From positions 1 through 38,419 of the forward strand of contig JAYRQF010000018.1 of NCBI GenBank assembly GCA_041910735.1: DNA of 38,419 nucleotides. Direction: 5' to 3'. This DNA comes from Limnohabitans sp. GTDB lineage: Bacteria > Pseudomonadota > Gammaproteobacteria > Burkholderiales > Burkholderiaceae_C. The translations under genes were made by a program, and so were the position numbers. Position 1 is the first letter of the stretch, and every line of letters starts with the position of its first letter. Shown piece by piece: positions 35,419 through 38,419 of this stretch. Below the pieces are notes generated by a model that made no database searches, was not told where the DNA came from, and worked only from the letters and a program-made list of their open reading frames with translations.

Positions 35419-37386
35419 ATGGCCATTCCCCAGTCCTTTTTGAGCGAACTGCTTGCCCGCGTCGACGTGGTCGAGGTGGTGGGCAAGTACGTCCAGCTCA
35501 AAAAGGGCGGCGCCAACTACATGGGGCTGTGTCCCTTCCACGGGGAAAAGTCGCCCAGCTTCAGCGTCAGTCCGACCAAGCAGTTTTACCACTGCTTTGG
35601 CTGCGGCAAGAACGGCAACGCCATCGGCTTTCTGATGGACCACACCGGCATGAGCTTCATTGAAGCCGTCAAGGACCTGGCCCAGCAGATCGGCATGCAG
35701 GTGCCCGAAGAGCCGCAGTCGCCGGAAGAAAGGGCGCGTGCCCAGGCGGCCAAGGCCAAGTCCGACAGCCTGACCGACGTGCTGGAAAAAGCCGGTGAGT
35801 CGTACCGGGAACACCTCAAGACCAGCCCCCGCGCCATCGCCTACCTCAAGGGCCGGGGCCTGTCGGGCCAGATCGCCAAACGCTTCGGCCTGGGCTACGC
35901 CCCCGAAGGCTGGCGCTCTCTGGCCAGCGTCTTCCCGGAATACGACAACCCCTTGCTGGCCGAATCGGGTCTGGTCATCGTCAACGAGGAAGACGACAAA
36001 CGCTACGACCGTTTCCGTGACCGGATCATGTTCCCGATCCGCAACATCAAGGGCGAGTGCATCGGCTTTGGCGGGCGCGTGATCGGCGACGGCACACCCA
36101 AGTACCTGAACTCGCCCGAAACCCCGGTCTTCCACAAGGGCCGTGAGCTTTACGGCCTGTACGAGGCCCGCGAGGCCCTGCACAGCGCCGGCTATGTGCT
36201 GGTCACCGAGGGTTACATGGACGTGGTGGCGCTGGCCCAGCTGGGCTTTGCCAACGCCGTGGCGACGCTGGGCACCGCCTGCACCCCTGACCATGTCCAA
36301 AAGCTGTTCCGCTTCACGGATTCGGTGGTGTTCAGCTTTGACGGCGACGCCGCCGGCCGCCGCGCCGCGCGCAAGGCGCTCGACGGCGCCCTGCCCTACG
36401 CCACCGACACGCGCAGCATCAAGTTTTTGTTTCTGCCGGCCGAGCACGATCCCGACAGCTATGTGCGTGAATTCGGACAGGAGGCTTTTGCCGAGCAGAT
36501 CCGGCAAGCCACACCGCTGTCGCGCTTCCTGATCGAAGCCGCCAGCGTGGACTGCGACCTGCAAAGCGCCGAAGGCCGAGCCCGCCTGTCGAGCCAGGCC
36601 CGGCCGCTGTGGCAGCTGCTGCCCGAGGGCGCGTTCAAACAGCAACTGCTGGCCGAACTGGCGCAGCTGATTGCGCTTGATGCCGCGCAACTGGAACGCC
36701 TGTGGGGCCAGCAGGCGGCCGGTGACCACCGCCATGCGCCCGCAGGCTCAGCTCAACCTGCAGCCCCACAAACTGCCATGCCAGCCGACCCCGCTGGCGC
36801 TTATGGCGCCCCGGCCGCACGCCAGTGGGACCGCCCTTTCCAGAAAAGCGGCGGCAAAAACGGCCGCTGGTCCGATCGCTGGAAAAAGGACGCCCCCCCC
36901 GCCTGGCCCTCCGGCCCACGCACGCAGCCCGCCAGCCGCGCCGACCATGCGGCGCGTTTGCTGCTGGCCAACATGGCCTTGTGGGAAAACCTGGCCGGCG
37001 AAGACCAGGCCATGCTGTGCGCCCTGCCCACGCCCCACGGCCCGCTGTTTGTCTGGATGGAGTCGCAGTTCCACGAGCATGGCCCCTTGGGCTGGTCGGC
37101 GCTGCAGGCCGAAATGCAAGGTCAGCCTTTTGCTGAAGAGGCCGCACGCTGGATGCAGCAGCATGCGCTGCACGCTGGCGCGGAAGCCAGCGCACCCGAT
37201 GTGCACGAGTCGAGAGAAGAGCTGCGGCGCCTGCTCAACCTGATGCTGATCGACCGGCTCAAGCAGCTCGAAACCGAAGCGCTGTCGCAGGCCCAAAGCG
37301 GCGAAGACCCGGATGCGCTGCAGCGCTACAAAAGCCTGTACGAGCGGCGGCGCGAACTGATCGCACAACAAAGCCTGCGCGCCTGA
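35419..37386 (+). CDS. dnaG: DNA primase
   Basis: CHC2 zinc finger CPFHGEKSPSF...CFGCG, DRFRDRIMFPI, KYLNSPET, TOPRIM motifs EGYMDV and FDGDAAG, HDPD. Confidence 0.97.
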   Translation: MAIPQSFLSELLARVDVVEVVGKYVQLKKGGANYMGLCPFHGEKSPSFSVSPTKQFYHCFGCGKNGNAIGFLMDHTGMSFIEAVKDLAQQIGMQVPEEPQSPEERARAQAAKAKSDSLTDVLEKAGESYREHLKTSPRAIAYLKGRGLSGQIAKRFGLGYAPEGWRSLASVFPEYDNPLLAESGLVIVNEEDDKRYDRFRDRIMFPIRNIKGECIGFGGRVIGDGTPKYLNSPETPVFHKGRELYGLYEAREALHSAGYVLVTEGYMDVVALAQLGFANAVATLGTACTPDHVQKLFRFTDSVVFSFDGDAAGRRAARKALDGALPYATDTRSIKFLFLPAEHDPDSYVREFGQEAFAEQIRQATPLSRFLIEAASVDCDLQSAEGRARLSSQARPLWQLLPEGAFKQQLLAELAQLIALDAAQLERLWGQQAAGDHRHAPAGSAQPAAPQTAMPADPAGAYGAPAARQWDRPFQKSGGKNGRWSDRWKKDAPPAWPSGPRTQPASRADHAARLLLANMALWENLAGEDQAMLCALPTPHGPLFVWMESQFHEHGPLGWSALQAEMQGQPFAEEAARWMQQHALHAGAEASAPDVHESREELRRLLNLMLIDRLKQLETEALSQAQSGEDPDALQRYKSLYERRRELIAQQSLRA

Positions 37387-37398
37387 GGCCTCAGACGC

Positions 37399-38166
37399 TC
37401 ATTTGCCCACCAGCTGGTTGAGCTTGTCGGCCTCGAAGGCCTCGGTCTTGTGCGCGTCGCCCGGCATCTGCACCTGCTGGCGGGCGCAGACTTCTTCGAG
37501 TGCTTTCCACAACAGGGCAATCTGGTGTTCCTGCGAGGCGGCGTTGTCGATCAGGCCGCGCATGGCCTGGCTGAGCGGGTCGTCGTTTTGCGTCACGCCA
37601 TAAGCCGAGAAGCCCATCTTGGAAGCGGCTTCTTCGCGTTTGGCATCCTGTTCGGCCTGGATGATGCGCGCCGGATTGCCGACCGCCGTGGCGCCGGCAG
37701 GCACGGGTTTGGTGACCACCGCATTCGACCCCACCTTGGCCCCATCCCCCACGGTGAAGCCACCCAGCACTTTGGCACCCGCACCGATCACCACATCGCG
37801 GCCGAGCGTGGGATGGCGCTTGGCCCCCTTGTAAAGCGAGGTGCCGCCCAGCGTGACCCCGTGGTAGATCGTGCAGCCGTCACCGATCTCGGCGGTCTCG
37901 CCGATCACGATGCCCATGCCGTGGTCAAAAAACACGCCGTTGCCGATCTTCGCGCCGGGGTGGATCTCGATGCCGGTGAACCAGCGCGAGAGGTGGGAGA
38001 TGAAACGCCCCAGCCACTTGAAGCCATGGTTCCAGCAGCCGTGCGCCCAACGGTGCAGGATCAGCGCATGCAGACCCGGGTAACAGGTCAGCACCTCCCA
38101 AGTGCTGCGGGCAGCCGGGTCGCGCTCAAGAATGCACTGGACGTCGGAACGGAGGCGGGAAAACAT
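37399..38166 (-). CDS. cysE: Serine O-acetyltransferase
   Basis: [48 protein letters not shown]. Confidence 0.96.
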   Translation of the reverse strand: MFSRLRSDVQCILERDPAARSTWEVLTCYPGLHALILHRWAHGCWNHGFKWLGRFISHLSRWFTGIEIHPGAKIGNGVFFDHGMGIVIGETAEIGDGCTIYHGVTLGGTSLYKGAKRHPTLGRDVVIGAGAKVLGGFTVGDGAKVGSNAVVTKPVPAGATAVGNPARIIQAEQDAKREEAASKMGFSAYGVTQNDDPLSQAMRGLIDNAASQEHQIALLWKALEEVCARQQVQMPGDAHKTEAFEADKLNQLVGK

Positions 38167-38176
38167 GGCCGTAAGT

Positions 38177-38419
38177 CTATCGCTTGCCCCGCGCTGCCTC
38201 GGTCATCGCCTTGGCCACCCCGCGCAGGATGTGGATTTCTTCCGTCTGCAGATCGGCCCGGTTGAACAGCTGGTTCAGCCGTGGCATCAGCTTTTTGGGC
38301 GAAGCCGGGTCCAGAAAACCGATGTCGGTCAGCGCCTGCTCCCAGTGCCTGAGCATGCCGGCCACCTGCTGCGCATCGGCCTTGTCCGCCGGCGCCGTGG
38401 CGCTCTGGACCGGAAAGCC
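38177..38419 (-). CDS. trmJ: TrmJ/LasT family RNA methyltransferase, C-terminal part (truncated by the window end)
   Basis: [15 protein letters not shown] and EEIHILRG match the TrmJ C-terminal domain. Frame is open to the window end, and trmJ-cysE is the usual gene order. Confidence 0.8.
   Translation of the reverse strand, partial: GFPVQSATAPADKADAQQVAGMLRHWEQALTDIGFLDPASPKKLMPRLNQLFNRADLQTEEIHILRGVAKAMTEAARGKR

Overview
GC-rich betaproteobacterial (Comamonadaceae-like, inferred from protein style) chromosomal window dominated by a ~26 kb phosphate-starvation (Pho) island. It contains pstSCAB-phoU-phoB-phoR, a Tat-lipoprotein PhoX, a second AT-richer PhoX/DUF839-like Tat lipoprotein, and polyphosphate genes (ppk2, ppx, ppk1, sixA) with a Lys/Ala-rich putative DNA-binding protein among them. 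It also holds a membrane-lipid remodelling block: plcP-like phosphoesterase, olsB-like N-acyltransferase, PHA synthase, Psd-family decarboxylase, a class III aminotransferase with a hydrophobic N-terminus, an Mpo1/DUF962-like membrane protein, a GT4 glycosyltransferase and lplT. Reading the intergenic DNA by hand shows 11-bp-phased Pho-box half-sites before 12 genes, and 10 of these have an NANNNT -10 hexamer exactly 10 nt downstream. The best candidate for an undescribed system is the Psd-like + aminotransferase + Mpo1-like trio, which may make a phosphorus-free amino-lipid (inference). The rest is a MarR/FAH/TRAP unit, a NUDIX hydrolase, a Pho-box-preceded porin, an acyl-CoA synthetase, dnaG (with no adjacent rpoD), cysE and partial MATE and trmJ genes. 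A 4x41-bp palindromic tandem repeat lies between pstB and phoU. No CRISPR array, tRNA, rRNA or transposase was recognised. All product calls come from motif recognition, without database searches.
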